A stretch of DNA of 37,668 nucleotides, from NCBI GenBank assembly GCA_040752415.1, contig JBFMGU010000089.1:1-37668 (forward strand). Direction: 5' to 3'. Below, piece after piece: positions 37,530-37,668 of the stretch; the first letter of the stretch is position 1; the number at the start of each line of letters is the position of its first letter. The DNA comes from Myxococcota bacterium (lineage in GTDB: Bacteria; Myxococcota; JACRCW01). A program made the position numbers and the translations under genes. The notes beneath the pieces are model-generated. The model did not search any database. It worked only from the letters and a program-made list of their open reading frames with translations, and was not told the DNA's origin.

Positions 37530-37668
37530 CGCACGCTGACGGCTGCGGTCACGGTGGTGGATCCTCCGGATCACTGGGCCATTGGGCACCTTGGGGATGG
37601 TGGCGGGTCGGCCCCCCCACCCGGCCGCCTCACGATTTCACCGATTTCTCGTCGTGGCGGCCGACCTC

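Overview
GC-rich window, most likely from a myxobacterium (Myxococcota), judging by a MYXO-CTERM-like tail, Cys-rich lipoproteins and the pfa gene order. The left part holds a lipoprotein/PHB-depolymerase pair, an xth-creatininase-thioredoxin-ECF sigma operon, and a YdeI gene flanked by a 78-bp imperfect direct repeat. It also holds a cytochrome b / SHP-like / diheme cytochrome c operon with a QseBC/PmrAB-like two-component system and a candidate PmrA-type box. The middle holds three large Ser-linker surface lipoproteins (DUF2341, thrombospondin type-3, LamG) and a SAM methyltransferase. The right half (18.1-37.3 kb, minus strand) is an iterative PUFA-synthase (pfa) operon: PPTase, pfaD, pfaA (KS-MAT-5xACP-KR-DH) and pfaBC (KS-CLF-AT-DH/DH). 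The operon has no C-terminal AGPAT domain, unlike characterised myxobacterial Pfa3 proteins. It is followed directly by a FabF-like ketosynthase whose second catalytic His is replaced by Tyr and by a small putative STAS/SEC14-like protein. This is the best candidate for an undescribed lipid pathway. All assignments are from motif recognition by eye; no searches were run.
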